From Thelocarpon superellum (Eukaryota): a stretch of 63,067 nt of DNA. The position numbers and the translations under genes are program-made. A model generated the notes under the pieces. It had not been told where the DNA came from. It did not search any database and was given only the letters and a program-made list of their open reading frames with translations. Shown here piece after piece: positions 12,285 to 24,644 of this stretch (its first letter is position 1; every line of letters starts with the position of its first letter). Location of the stretch: contig JAPEUG010000060.1 in assembly GCA_026025795.1 (NCBI GenBank), positions 1-63,067 on the forward strand, given 5' to 3'.

Positions 12285-13746
12285 ATGCCGTCTGCTCGAC
12301 TGTCCGAGATTGCCCCCGCGCATCCTCTCGGAGCCTCCATCCGTGGGGGCCACCAGCAAGCACGCACTCGATGCCTCAAGCCTTTGACAGATACTGGCTC
12401 GTTGGATGCACATCCCCACCAAGACTTTACCCCGGCAATCGGGCGAGAATACGAAGGGCTGCAGGTCGCCGATCTGCTGAAAGCACCTGACCGCGACCGG
12501 TTGATCAAAGACCTTGCCGTAACAGGTAAATCCCAACCGACTACGACCCCGTCTCTCGCTACTACATCTGTTGGATCTGACATTTACAGTCTCGGAGCGA
12601 GGCGTCGTCTTCCTGCGGAACCAGGATGTACATCCCGAGCAGATGCGAGAGCTGTGCAAACGGCTGACTCTCCTCGCCGGCAGCGTGAGTGCTCTCTACA
12701 CATCCATGACCGAAGGGAAACGTGCACGGCTTGTTGATGCTTCACGCTCTGATCCGCAGCCGGAATCATCGGGCCTGCACATCCACCCTCTGACCGAAGA
12801 AGGCAGCGAGCTGGGCGACCAGATCAGTGTCATCAGCAGCGAGAAGCAGCGTAAAGGAGGTGGCTTGACTCACCAGCTCAGCGACACCAGCCGATTTGCC
12901 AGCGTCGGATGGCACGCGGACATCACGTTCGAGCCTGTGCCTTCGGACTATGCCATGCTGAAGATCCACACCCTGCCTGCCACTGGTGGTGACACGGTAC
13001 GTCCGGTCGCGCTCCCACCCTCCCGATGCCGACTCTTTGCATCGACTTAGAGGTGCTAGCTATGGGCCTCGGGATACGAGCTCTACGACAGCCTCTCGCC
13101 GGCCTTTGCCGCCTTTCTGGAAGGGTTGACCGCCACGCATGACGCCAAGTTTTTCCAAGAAGAGGCTAAGCGCTTGGGAAACCCCATTCGCAAGGAAGTC
13201 CGCGGATCGCCCTTGAACCACGGCTCGGCTCTCGAAGCGGTGCATCCAGTGATTCGCACAAATCGTGGGTCCAACTCGCTCCTTATCATCAGGTAGGGTC
13301 ATTGCTGGATACAGGACTAAAGGATCCCCTCAGCTGTCACGGGATGGAAGTGCATCTTTGTCAATCGCGGTTTCACCAGACGCATCAACGGCGTGACCAA
13401 AGACGAGTCGGATATGATTCTGGGATATCTTTTCAATGTAGGACGGGCCCATCCCCAGCTTCCCGCCTCCCGCTCCTTCCCTCCGTCACTAACACAGCCG
13501 CCAACAACCCAGCTCGTCCCGCAGAATCACAACGCACAAGTCCGCTTCAAATGGAAAAAGAACGACCTCGCGATCTGGGACAACCGATCGAACCTGCACT
13601 GCGCTACGTACGACTACGAGGCGGCGCGGGCAGGCGATCGCGTCTGTTCGCTGGGCGAGGCGCCCTATCTCGATCTAAACTCGACGGGACGACGGGCTGC
13701 TCTCCTTGCTAGTGAGCAGGAGGCGCCGCCTGCTCTGACGGGATGA
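12285..13746 (+). CDS. TauD/TfdA family Fe(II)/2-oxoglutarate dioxygenase (sulfonate dioxygenase, Jlp1-like)
   Basis: TPAIGREY, SERGVVFLRNQ, WHADITFE (HxD), GGDT|LWASGY, HPVIRTNP, IWDNRSNLHCA. Five canonical introns. Confidence 0.93.
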
Positions 13747-14216
13747 AGATGAAGATGAAGATGGATATGCTGGATATGATGGATATGACACGACGAAAGT
13801 GGATATTGATATAAAAAGAGGGGGACTACTCAGGTGGGATTGCCCAGTTGCATGTTTGCACAACTCTCCCGTGACCACAATGCAGTCCAAGAGCAGAACC
13901 AACTTACAATCAAAAAAGCTGCATTGCATTGCATTGAATTGCATCATGAGTGTTAGATGTGTGAGTCGCCGTCGCCAGCTTCATCTCTCTCCCTCTCTCC
14001 CGTGCTTCACCCACCAACCAACGCTCCAACCACCTCACCGGGTCGCCGACGCCGCAGAAGTAAGACAAAATAGAATGGGGGTGTGAAGAGGACCGAGTCG
14101 AGTACATGATTAGGTGAAGAAAAGGTGGGAATCGGGTCGATCAAAGCTGTGGGAGGGACAGGACAAGTAGGGACAGGAGGGAGAAGGTGGATGCGTAGGT
14201 AGGTGGTCTGAACGAA

Positions 14217-14854
14217 TCAAAGGAGCTCAAAGTCCTCGTCGTCCGCGTCACCTGCTTTCTTGCTCAACTTGCCCTCCTCAGCGTCCTCCGTCACCACCTC
14301 GTACTCGTCCTTGATCAGCTTGTCCGTTTCGCGCGTCTCGAACTTCTCCACGGCTTTGGCGAGGGCCATGCCGAGGATCTGACTGCCGCGCCCTGGGCCC
14401 GCCGTGGCGTCGTACGAGTAGGTGATGCCGGCGTCGGGCACGGCCGTGGCAGGTTCCATGACGGCGTCGAGTTCCGAGGGGTCGGACGAGTCGCTGGCGC
14501 TTTGTTCCTCGTCTATGTCGTGTCGGCGCGCCGTCGAAGCTAGATGCGACAGCTTGTCCTTTCTCTTGCGCTCGCCACGATGCGCGCCTGTGCGGACCCT
14601 AGCGCCGCACCCGTTAGCACGGCCGTCAAGGACGAAGCGGTGGCAGGGCCGGCGGGGACCAGGATGATGGGACGGGCATACTTGGAGCTCATGGGTTGCA
14701 CGGGTCGGTGGAGCCCGTCGGGGATGGGCCGGCGTCCACCGGTGGCCCGCTCAGACTCGCCGAGTGCCCACTTCTCATTGTGGTCCTTGTCGCGTTTGTA
14801 TTCGATCGCGTGGCTACGAAGGTCCTGCGTCGACACGGAAGGTGAGGTTGCCAT
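14217..14854 (-). CDS. Hypothetical fungal protein (2 exons)
   Basis: A GTATGC..GCTAAC..TAG intron (~14680-14600) joins MATSPS..MSSK to an ORF ending ITYSYDA..GSQILGMALAKAVEKFE..DEDFELL. Confidence 0.7.
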
Positions 14855-16198
14855 GGAGCTGGGATGGCGATGGCAGCGTGGGCGAGAACGAGGGTGATGC
14901 GTGTAGATCCGGTGCTGGGGGAAGCTCGGGGAAGGAACGTAGATCGGGCAACGAGCGTTGACGGGCTGCCCGTCGCAGTAGTGGTCAGACGTGGTTGAAA
15001 GGTGGAAAAGGGGATAAGAGGATCTAGGTCGAGGGATGGTAGAGAGCTCTGGAGCCTCGAGCAGCTGAGCGAGGGTAGTGTGATATGAGCAGTAGAGCGA
15101 ACGAGCGTCTGACTGTGTGTGGCCGAGTCAAATGACGCGATGGCTGTACGTCGTCCGCGGTCGAGTCACGCCACACGCGACGCAGAGCAATAGGCAGAGA
15201 GAGGCACACACGACGCCTGACACAGAGCAGTGGAGCTGGAGCGAGCGATGATGCTACGCACCGACTGACTTGAGCGTGCTGGATCGGAGCGGGACTTTGG
15301 TAAGAAGAGGCACGTCCACAGAGCTCACGAGGCTGGATGGGGGCCCCTCTATTTACTCCACGCGTGCTTGGCCCCTCATCGTCGCTGACGTACGGGAGTG
15401 CTCCGTACCTCCGGTAATACCAAGGTGTGGTACGAGTACTCCGTACGAGTACATCGTACGAATGACGAGGAGCGGCCCCGGGAGGGGGCGTAGGAAGCTG
15501 TAGCGTGCCTTGAGCGCGAGGCCTTGGCCGGTTCCCTTCGTAAGCGGGGTCAGCAGATAAGAGACGAAACAACAGCAGGCACGGCAACACGGGTTCACGC
15601 CAGAGGCCTCGCGACCCTTCTGATTCGGCGTGACGCGGGTGGCGCAGGGGCCGTGGCTTGATCCGGGGTCGCTTCATTCTGGTTTGGGCCCCGGTTGGAC
15701 TCGGAGGAGGACGAGTATGGCACGAGAACGAGCATCTCGCATCCGGAACCCGCCGTAGAAAGGGAGCGGGAGATGATGTTGTTGCTCATCTGCCCTGCTG
15801 GTTCTTGGCGAGGCCCGACGCGCCACTGCGCCTAGCTATCGGCGTGCAGGTGCTGATTGGCTGCCGACCGCGGAGGCGACAGCTATCGCAACCAGCTTGC
15901 TGTCGCTGGCCAGGCTGTGCAAGGTATGAGTACCAGATGAGCGATGCACTGGCCCTGCCGTAACTCACACCGTCACATGTATCGATGTTTTCCTTGTCGC
16001 TCAGGAGCAGCGCACTTGTAAATAGACATTCAAAGATAGCTAATTCCTACTGACGACGACCGAGACGTGTATCTACAGTGTGTACCTACCTGGGATTGAC
16101 AATAGCACGGACAATCACACCGATGTCGTACAGTATCATGACGTCCTCCCCGCTCCTCCACGTTCGCATGCACGCATGCAGCGCGGACAAACCGCGCG

Positions 16199-17068
16199 CT
16201 AGACCGAAGACCCATCAGAGCGGATCATGCCGTCCCTGGATCCCGTCGGACTCTCCATCGCACCATCGAAGGCTTTGGCCTGGAATGCCCCGCTGTGCAG
16301 CTCCTCCGGCGTCTTCTCGCCCGGCCCAACTTGCACCGTGTCGCCTTGCTTGGCCTCCTTCTGGCCTCGGCTGCGGAGGTGGGCAGACAGGATGACGACA
16401 AAGTAGATGAGAAACATCACCCCAGCCACCACGCTGTATGCAACCTCGCCCGCAATTGCATTGTGGTCGGTCCGGAAGGCGAGGCCGCCGTTGATGGCGC
16501 CCGTGACCAGGACGAGGCGACCGAGCCAGACGTGGCCGACGGCCCACTTGGTGCGTTGCCGATATTTCACGTAAAGCGCATGGTGGATCCAGCCCGTGAC
16601 GGGTTGCAAGGTGATCAGGCCGACGACGATGATGCCGATCACGTAGTGCGGGTCGCGCCACTGTCACTTCTGTCAGCCTGGCTGGCATCGGCCTTGGAAG
16701 GGCCTCGAGACGAATGCATACGTCATGGAAGAGCCAGCACAGCCAACAACCCATGCCAAACGCCACCAGCGACATGGCATAAGCAAGCATTTGTATCCCC
16801 GCATGGATCCAGAGCACGCCGCGTACTCGGAGGAGGCGGAGCGTGATGGCCCCGAGAGGGTACAGGAGCGCAAAGGCGATGCCCATGAGGATACCATGTG
16901 CCTCCAGGACACGGAGCATCGTCTCGTGCTCGCTGGGGCTCAAATTCACCCAGGCCGAAGCCGATGGGATTGAGGCTGGGTCGATGGTCAGCCAAGCCCG
17001 CACGCGGCGTCACATCTGGCACACCTACCCAGGAGGCAAAGCGCCGTCAGCACCGTGGGGCGCTCCAT
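16199..17068 (-). CDS. Cytochrome b561-domain membrane protein with signal peptide
   Basis: Spliced N-terminus MERPTVLTALCLL|ASIPSASAW. Heme-ligand His motifs AHGILM, WIHAGIQ, PHYVIG and GHVWLGR. Two introns. Confidence 0.85.
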
Positions 17069-18954
17069 CGGGACGAGCCGAGTCGACGTCCCCAGATGCA
17101 GCCCGGGGTCGTTGCGAGGAATCAATCAATGCCACAATGGACCGGTTCACGTATCTCACGCTTGCCGGCGGGTGTGCTGGGGAAGATCGCCTGGGACCGG
17201 ACAAGATACAAACATGGCCGTGATCCATGGTGGGAATCCAGAGGGTCTTTGTACGAGGGAGAGTTGCGCCAAGTCTCCTTCCTACTCCGGACCTCTCCCT
17301 TGACAAAGATGAGTGAGGTGTGAGCAATGGTGGGAGAAGATATCCATACCAGATGAGACGGCCAGAACCGCTGCTACATGCGGCGGGGGGTCCGGAGCCA
17401 GGGTGGGCTTGGCGGCCTGGCCTGGCCCTTGCTCCGCCATTCTCGCTGTACCTCGTTGCGAGGAGAGTGCCTGTCGGCCGTCGAGCTCGGATCATGCCGG
17501 CGCATGTGCCACCATGTCCAACGTCCCGGCTCCTGATGCCGATGGCGTGCGATGGTGGTAGACCTGCGGATGCAAGTACATCTCACGATATGCTCGAACC
17601 GGGATGGCACGGCGGCCATCGCACTCGCTTGTGCTGCCTTCCTATCAAAGTTTCGCGTAGAGCAGAGATGCGCCCGGGGCAGCTGTCAAGATCAGGGAGG
17701 TTGATGTGCAAAGGTACGTCGCGGCTCGGTAGCATGGGTTTCGCTCGCGTCGCTTCCATGTCTCGTTCCCGGATGGAGCCGCCTGATAGCCTGATAGCCT
17801 GATAACCTCGGTCACCCCGGCCGATTGATCGCTTGACACCGCTCAGATTCCGTCGTGTCCGCAACGGTGGTCGGCAACGCCCGCTGGCTCATCTGCGGAT
17901 GACCATCAGAACCAGCCTCGCCGACGTCGTCTAGAAGGCCATAGGACTCCTCAGACTACACATGCAGTGGGCTCACCGTGTTTCTGGCTTGACCATGGTC
18001 CAGCGGTTTGCGACCCAGCGATGGGGCAGGCTCGTGAAACCGAATCAGCGGATGGGGTCACGAGCCCATGGCATCCGTGGCGGTTCTTTCTGGATTCCTG
18101 CAGCCGCCCCAGCAGAGTTGATCGCTCCTTTCCATGGAGCTGCGGCGAACCCTTCCAAAACTAAACTTGTGAAGACATGGAACAGGATAGGACATCGTCG
18201 GTAATTGTGCCATGGCGCGCCGAACCCTCGGCTGCATTCCCGCTATATTCGAAGTGCGTGCGTAGGTTGCGAGTTGGGAAACTGCATTTGAGGGGGCTAG
18301 GTGAGGATCTAGCCACATCCAGCCGGAGATACTGTTTAGCTGGCTCATCGGTGCCTCAGAGACCTACCGTATCAGTACTCTTACCGCTTGCGCGAGCATC
18401 TCTAATGTTAGGATACCACAGTACTCGATCTTCTCACCCTGGCTCCTAATCTCGGGCCAGTCTTGGCACATCTGGTCCCTCGGACCTATTGTCTCATGGC
18501 GGTGCAGATGGGGGTTGTGCACACCGGGGCAGGAATGACGTTCGGCCCACGGCTTACTTAAGGGGAAACGCACCATGCCGTCGGCGGGCTAAGAGTGACG
18601 TGCGCAACGATCGGCACGGTGCAGCAGGCCGCACCGCTAGACGTGGGCCAACTTTAGGAAAGCAGGGCGGCTAGCACTATGTTAAGATAAGATGCTTGGT
18701 GGGGGGTCCGACTCGTGCGCTCGACGCTATTGCAATCTGCCAAACGAGCATGGTTCGTGCAGCGAATCGTATTGGCGCCTGCCGGTGCTGCTGTGACTGG
18801 CACCGAACTCCATAGTCCTGCCTGCCTACCAGATGCTTGTGGTCCGTGCAGACTGCCTCTCAGACGTGTCGGGCAGACATACTGTTTGCTCCTCAACAAC
18901 AGCTCTCTCTTTCGCTCCATCGACATTTTGCTGTCGTGGTTTGCAGTCCCCACT

Positions 18955-20629
18955 ATGGCCAGCACGGTTACGATCGACAAGGCTTATTTTGAGACGTTAT
19001 TGCGCCGGTAAGTCGTCTGGAAATTCCCAGCCTCCACTCGCCAAGGTGCCATGCTGATAGGGAATGCTATTCCGTGCAGGGCGGAATTCGTGAGTAGCAT
19101 CACCCTCTGTCGTATCACGGGGGTCCCGTCCACTCCCTGTCCTCGTCCTGATTGATCGAGGGATAGCATGTTTCAGACCATGACTTCAGCACGCCTGTGC
19201 ATCTTCCGACCGTGACCATTCCTAAGCCAGATCACGACATCCTGGTAAGATCCTGGTGCTCGTCTCCACCGCTTGGAGTGGCGGACTGCTCGGCCCCCAT
19301 GTTCGCTTGCTTATGCTCCTCGTCCACCCGGCAGCTTCGTCGAGTCCATGAATATGGTACGTGGTCTTGGCAAGAGCTATGATGCCCTCGCTGACGACGG
19401 ATTGCAGATAAACTGCGAGCGGCGCTCTTTCGTGGCGGAATCCAGGCTCAGACACTCGAGGTAACGCGTCAAACATGACAGATCACGGCCCGTCCTAAAA
19501 TGCATGCAGATCCTCATCAGTGGCGATGCCGAGGTGCATGATGGTGACCGAGGGCTCAGCGGCGTGGAGAAAGCAGATGCCAGCTCGATGCCCTTTCTGA
19601 ATGGCGGCCCCCCGCTCGCAGCTCTCCCTCGCCCTGCTTCATCCCTGACCGATAGCACGGAACGCACGTTTGGCCCGCACGCCTCGGCGACTGGGAATTT
19701 CCTCGGAACCCGGACTTGGGATAGCCACTTTCGTATGGAGGTAACCCAAACCGATTCGGCCTCGTGTGAGTCAGTGAATTCTCTCGACAAAGTGACGCGG
19801 TCGACGACGGCCAATGGAACGCCCAATGCCAAGAATCCGGTGCTGCCAGGCCACAGTGAACGCCGCACAGTCGTCTTGACCAACCTCGCCGACCGCACCA
19901 CGCATAAGGATATTGCAAGCGTGGTCCGTGGCGGCCTCCTGCTCGATATCTTTCTTCGCACCCATGACCGCTCGGCCAACGTCTCTTTCGTCCACGGAGA
20001 GGCGGCGCAAGCTTTCATCAATCACGCCAAGCGGAATGACACGTACCTTCATGGCCGTCGAGTATGCGAGACCACCCCTCAAGGATTCTGCCTGAGTTTG
20101 CACTGACGCAGTGTCCTAGGTCGAGATACGCTGGGGCGAGCGTCATTTCAAGCTCCTCGGTCATGTTGCCAACAAGATCGTGAGGAATGGGGCGACACGG
20201 AACCTCGTCATTCGCAATGTGCGCCTCGGCCTCACGGCGGAAACGTTGCGAGAGCACCTCGACCACATACACAATCTCGTCGTGGTGAACATCGCGTTCC
20301 AGGAGCAGCATGCATATATCAGCCTCAATTCCATCCACAACGCCCTCTTCGCCCGCACGTGCATGATGAGCCGCGGCGCCTACAAGGGCATGAGGATCGA
20401 CTGGTACCCGGACGAGTGCGCCCAGCCGCTGCCCAAGTCCCCAGTCGCGTCACGCAAGGAGTATATTTCGCAACGGCCGGTCAAGATCATGTCTGCCATG
20501 AACCGGTTCGATCTGCTGAACTTGGACGGCTCTGATGACACCTCCGAGAAAGAGGACCTCGAAAATCACCCCAATCTCCTCATCCCCGTACCGGCGTACA
20601 CACTGGCTGACGCCAGCGTCGCCGGTTAG
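18955..20629 (+). CDS. RRM RNA-binding protein, Nrd1 (negative regulator of differentiation)-like
   Basis: MASTVTIDKAYFETLLRR start; RRM segments RTVVLTNL..VRGGLLLDI and GATRNLVIRN..LDHIHNL..NALFARTCMMSR..WYPDECA. Six introns, with micro-exons. Confidence 0.82.
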
Positions 20630-21023
20630 ATCACCCACGTTCCAGATACTGCGAGCCCCAACCGAACATGATCTCGACTCTGGCATGGATCGGACGAATT
20701 TGAGCAGGGGCTCTCAGAGGCGCACGCTCTCAAGCCTTTGCACGGTCACCGATGGGACAATGTGAGATGGCTAGCAAGGGATTGTGGGCGTCTTTCACCC
20801 ATGTGAAGAAGAGGGGTGGAATTCGATGGCGGCCATAGCCTGTCGAGGAGCGGGAGTCGGACTGGCGCACCTGAAGAACGATACCCACCCGGCTTCTATC
20901 TTGGCTTCTCCTACTTTGTACTTAGCTTCACTCTTCTGTGCCTGATCAAGCCCGCAGCATCATGAATGATTCCTTATCCGGCTCAGTCAGTAGGACGACG
21001 GTCCCCGAGGGCTGCCTGCAAGG

Positions 21024-22075
21024 TCAAAGCTTGGACGGCTTCAGACCATGTCGATAGTCATAGTGCCAGTCCGAACTCGCCAAGTCCGCGCGAACCCGGT
21101 AGTTTTGTTCGGCCTCATCCAGTATCGCCATGTCCAGGTCGACAATCTTCATGCCTTCGGCACTCGTCGCGAGGCGACCCAAGGGACCTATGAAAGGAAC
21201 CGTAACTTGCGAGAGACCGGCATAGCCGCGGGCTGCCGGGCCCCCAACATTGGCAAAGACGACGGCGCAGGTATTCTCGAAGGCCCGGGCTGTCAGCACG
21301 CTGTCGAGGAACAGTGCCTCGGCTCGGGCGTTTCGTCGAAGCCCCTCGGGAGTACAGTCATTGAGCGTCCCTGACCGGGTCAGCTGTGCATCGCTGCCAC
21401 CGCTCGATCCGTGGCACCCTTACAGAAGGTCGGAATGATGATGATCTTGGCGCCTTGGGCGATGAGTTCGCGGAAGGATTCGGGAAAGGCAAGATCCCAG
21501 CAGACTAAGAGCCCGACAGGGCCTATGGGGGTGTCGATGACATCGTGTGGTTCGTGGGCACTGGACGTCAGATAGGGACGTTCGGGATGCCTTGAAAGAT
21601 GACGTTTAGCACATTCCTGCGGCCTCAGTCATGGTGTCGCGTGTACCAGAGGTTCTTCTTCTGGTAGCTGCCCAAAACCTCGCCGTGGTTATCAATGAAG
21701 TAGGTCATGTTGACGAGATGCCGCGCCCCCACGTCCCCAGCCAGCTGTTCCACGATCGTGCCCGGGACGATGCTGATGTTGCATTCTTTGGCCAAGGCCC
21801 GGAACCGTCTCACGAATGGCTCCGCTTGTCCCACCAGCTCTAAGAAGCCTGGGTCCTGAGGGACCCAGCTAGTCAGGCAATATTCCGGAAGAACGGCTAA
21901 TTGGGCTCCCTGCGACGCGGCGGAACGGATGTAATGGGCCGCTTCTTGGTAGTTTTGCTCTATTTGCATGGGCTGGCACGGTCTCAGCGTGTGTTAGGAG
22001 AGTGGTGGTGGAGAGGGGCGAAGTCAAAACCTTGGGATAGAGCTGGATGACCGCGAGGCGGTAGATAGGACCCAT
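21024..22075 (-). CDS. Carbon-nitrogen hydrolase (nitrilase superfamily) with C-terminal PTS1 (SKL)
   Basis: Glu-Lys-Cys triad motifs LPEY, YQKKNLW|HPER and GLLVCWDLAFPE; ARAFEN. Three introns; ends KPSKL*. Confidence 0.92.
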
Positions 22076-22383
22076 GGCGAAGATGGCAGTGTGGAGCACT
22101 CATGGGCGGTGTCTTCACGCCGGGCTTTACAGTCCTCTCCTTCAGGTTCCTCCGCCCGACTTTCTGGCGTTCCCCCAGCGTCTTGCATGAGATTGGGGCA
22201 GCTCAAGTACGTCAAGCAAGGGTCTAAGGACGAACGAGTACGGCGGAGGGTAAGTTCAAGCGAAAGCCCTCATGTGCAAATCCATTCATCCCACAACGCC
22301 AACGATCTTTTCGTAGAGCATCCCCTACAATCTCGACCACTTCCGATCCCTTGAGGGACGCTCTTGTCACCGACGCCGTGAGC

Positions 22384-23966
22384 ATGAGTCTCGCACAGCG
22401 TATTCCCTTCCAGGGTGGCGCCGCGGCGCGCGTGGTCAAGGATGAGTCGGATGAAGAGCAGGACACATTGGTCAACGATTACAAGGAACAGGTGCAATTC
22501 GACGATGGCCTCGGCGAGATCGACCACACGAATTCGATGAGCCAGGCCCCCCCGACCGAAGACATCCACTCGCGATTGGCGGCGGCGGCGACCCCGCTGG
22601 AATACCAGGCGACGCTGGAGACCAAGTTTGCGAGCTACGACAATTACTGCAGCTTGTTCCACTTCATCCTAAACAACGAGGCCGGACCAGTGGACCTCGA
22701 GCCACCATCGGTGAGTAAAGGCATTCATGTCATGAGGTCAATGACGGGGACTGACGGGCGCGAGTAGTACTATTGGGCATGGGACGTGATCGATGAGTTC
22801 ATCTACCAATTCAATAGCTTTTGCAGCTACCGGAACCGGATGGCGCGTAAGGGGGACAACGAAGATGACGTGCAGCTCCTGCGCGACAATCCCAACACAT
22901 GGGGCTGCTACAGCGTACTCAACGTACTGTACTCGCTCATCCAACGTTCGCAGATCAACGAGCAGCTGGCGGCGATGAAGCGCAATGAAGACCCCGTGCT
23001 CGTGGCGGGCGAGTATGGCACGCGGCCACTCTACCGCATGCTCGGATACTTCTCCATCATCGGGCTGTTGCGCGTGCACTGTCTTCTGGGCGACTTCAGC
23101 CTGGCGCTGAAGACGCTGGACGACATTGAGCTGAACAAGAAGTCGATGTTTGCGCGGGTCATGGCGGCCCACTTCACCACGTACTACTACGTCGGCTTCT
23201 CCTACATGATGATGCGACGATATGCCGACGCCATTCGGATGTTCAGCCACATTCTGATCTACGTCTCGCGGACCAAGAACTTCACCAAGAACGCCCAGTT
23301 CGATAGCATGGCCAAGCAGAACGACCAGATGTACGCCCTGCTCGCCATCTGCGTGGCCTTCCAACCTACTCGACTCGACGACACGATCCACACGGCACTG
23401 CGCGACAAGTACGGCGACCAGTTCGTGCGAATGCAGCGCGGGGGACCCGAATCGCTCCCGCTGTTCGAAGAGCTCTTCCGCGCGGCCTGCCCCAAATTCA
23501 TCTCCCCCACGCCGCCGGACTTTGACAACAAGGAAGTCAACCTCGACCCGCTGGAGCACCACCTCAAGATCTTCATGGACGAGGTCCGCACCAACATGTG
23601 GAGTCCCACCGTGCGCAGCTACCTGAAGCTCTACACCACCATGGATCTGAAGAAGCTGGCCGGCTTCCTCGAAGTCGAGCCCGAAAAGCTCCGTTCCTGG
23701 CTCCTGGTCAACAAGCAGCGCAGTCGCCAATTGCGCTGGAGCGAGGGGGGATTACTCGAGGGCGACGTGGTCAACAACAACGACCTAGACTACGCCATGC
23801 AGGGGGTGAGCGGACCCATCCCGACCGTCATAGCTCCCAGAGAAAGCAAGCATGATCCACTGACGTGATTCGTGGGGACAAACAGGACCTTATCCACATC
23901 TCCGAAGTGAAGATCGGTCGGCGGCTGGTAGATTGGTACCTGCGTAACCTGGCGCGGACGTATTGA
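22384..23966 (+). CDS. EIF3L: Translation initiation factor eIF3 subunit L
   Basis: SYDNYCSLFHFILN, WAWDVIDEFIYQF, LYRMLGYFSIIGLLRVHCLLG, ACPKFISP, PCI-like C-terminus. Two introns. Confidence 0.96.
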
Positions 23967-24116
23967 TCAAATCACGGCCGTACCTGGCTGGGCATCTCAT
24001 ACGGACAACAGCATCCTCACCTGGAGATGCGATCGGAGATTAAACGACGAAGGGACGGCGGCGCATGAATGGATGGGACGGAGCCGGGATGATTTCAAAG
24101 AAGCCGAAATGGAATA

Positions 24117-24200
24117 AACCAACCAATCGATCAACCAATCGATCAATCAATCGATCAATCAATCGTTCAATCAATCGTTCAATCAATCATTCAATCAATC
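24117..24200. repeat. Degenerate (AATC)n / 12-bp unit tandem repeat in the eIF3l 3' region
   Basis: AATCGATCAATC / AATCGTTCAATC units visible. Confidence 0.85.
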
Positions 24201-24644
24201 AGCTCGTGAGTCAATAAATGATGATTCCATGCATCAATTATTGACTCGAACAACGTCTGTAAGATATCCAGTCATAACCCGAGCGTGATCCGATTTCAGT
24301 GATTCTCTATTCCCCCCGTATCATGTCCTACCGCTTGAACGGTTTCCGACAATCAAGTAGGTAGGTCCGATTCCTTCGATCTGATCCCATCTCACAACCC
24401 TTGAGCCTCCTCACTCTCGTCAGGTTCGGCGCATCCGTGAAGTACCCCAGTGCAGTAGAAATGCTGGAAACAATGCAGCTCGCTCCTTCACATCCCCCAC
24501 CGCCTTCCCTCTCTTTTGCGCCTGAATAGACGAATAGACATTAGGAAATAAATCGTAGGTCAAAGGTCGAAAAACTGCCCAGACTCATCCAAAATAGACT
24601 CGTGGGGGGACGAAGAGAAGTGCCCATTATGCAGCCGCGACATG

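Noticed and set aside
20975..21030. A-box-like GCTCAGTCAGTAGG
   Set aside because: No downstream B-box or cloverleaf.
22738..23730. Long antisense ORFs over eIF3l (and similarly over NIP1, POL1, eIF4G, RAD26)
   Set aside because: These are expected shadows of high-GC3 codon usage and carry no independent motifs.
24219..24383. ATGATGA..CTGA as a C/D snoRNA
   Set aside because: No recognisable rRNA antisense element or terminal stem, and the C-like motif lies within a hairpin arm.
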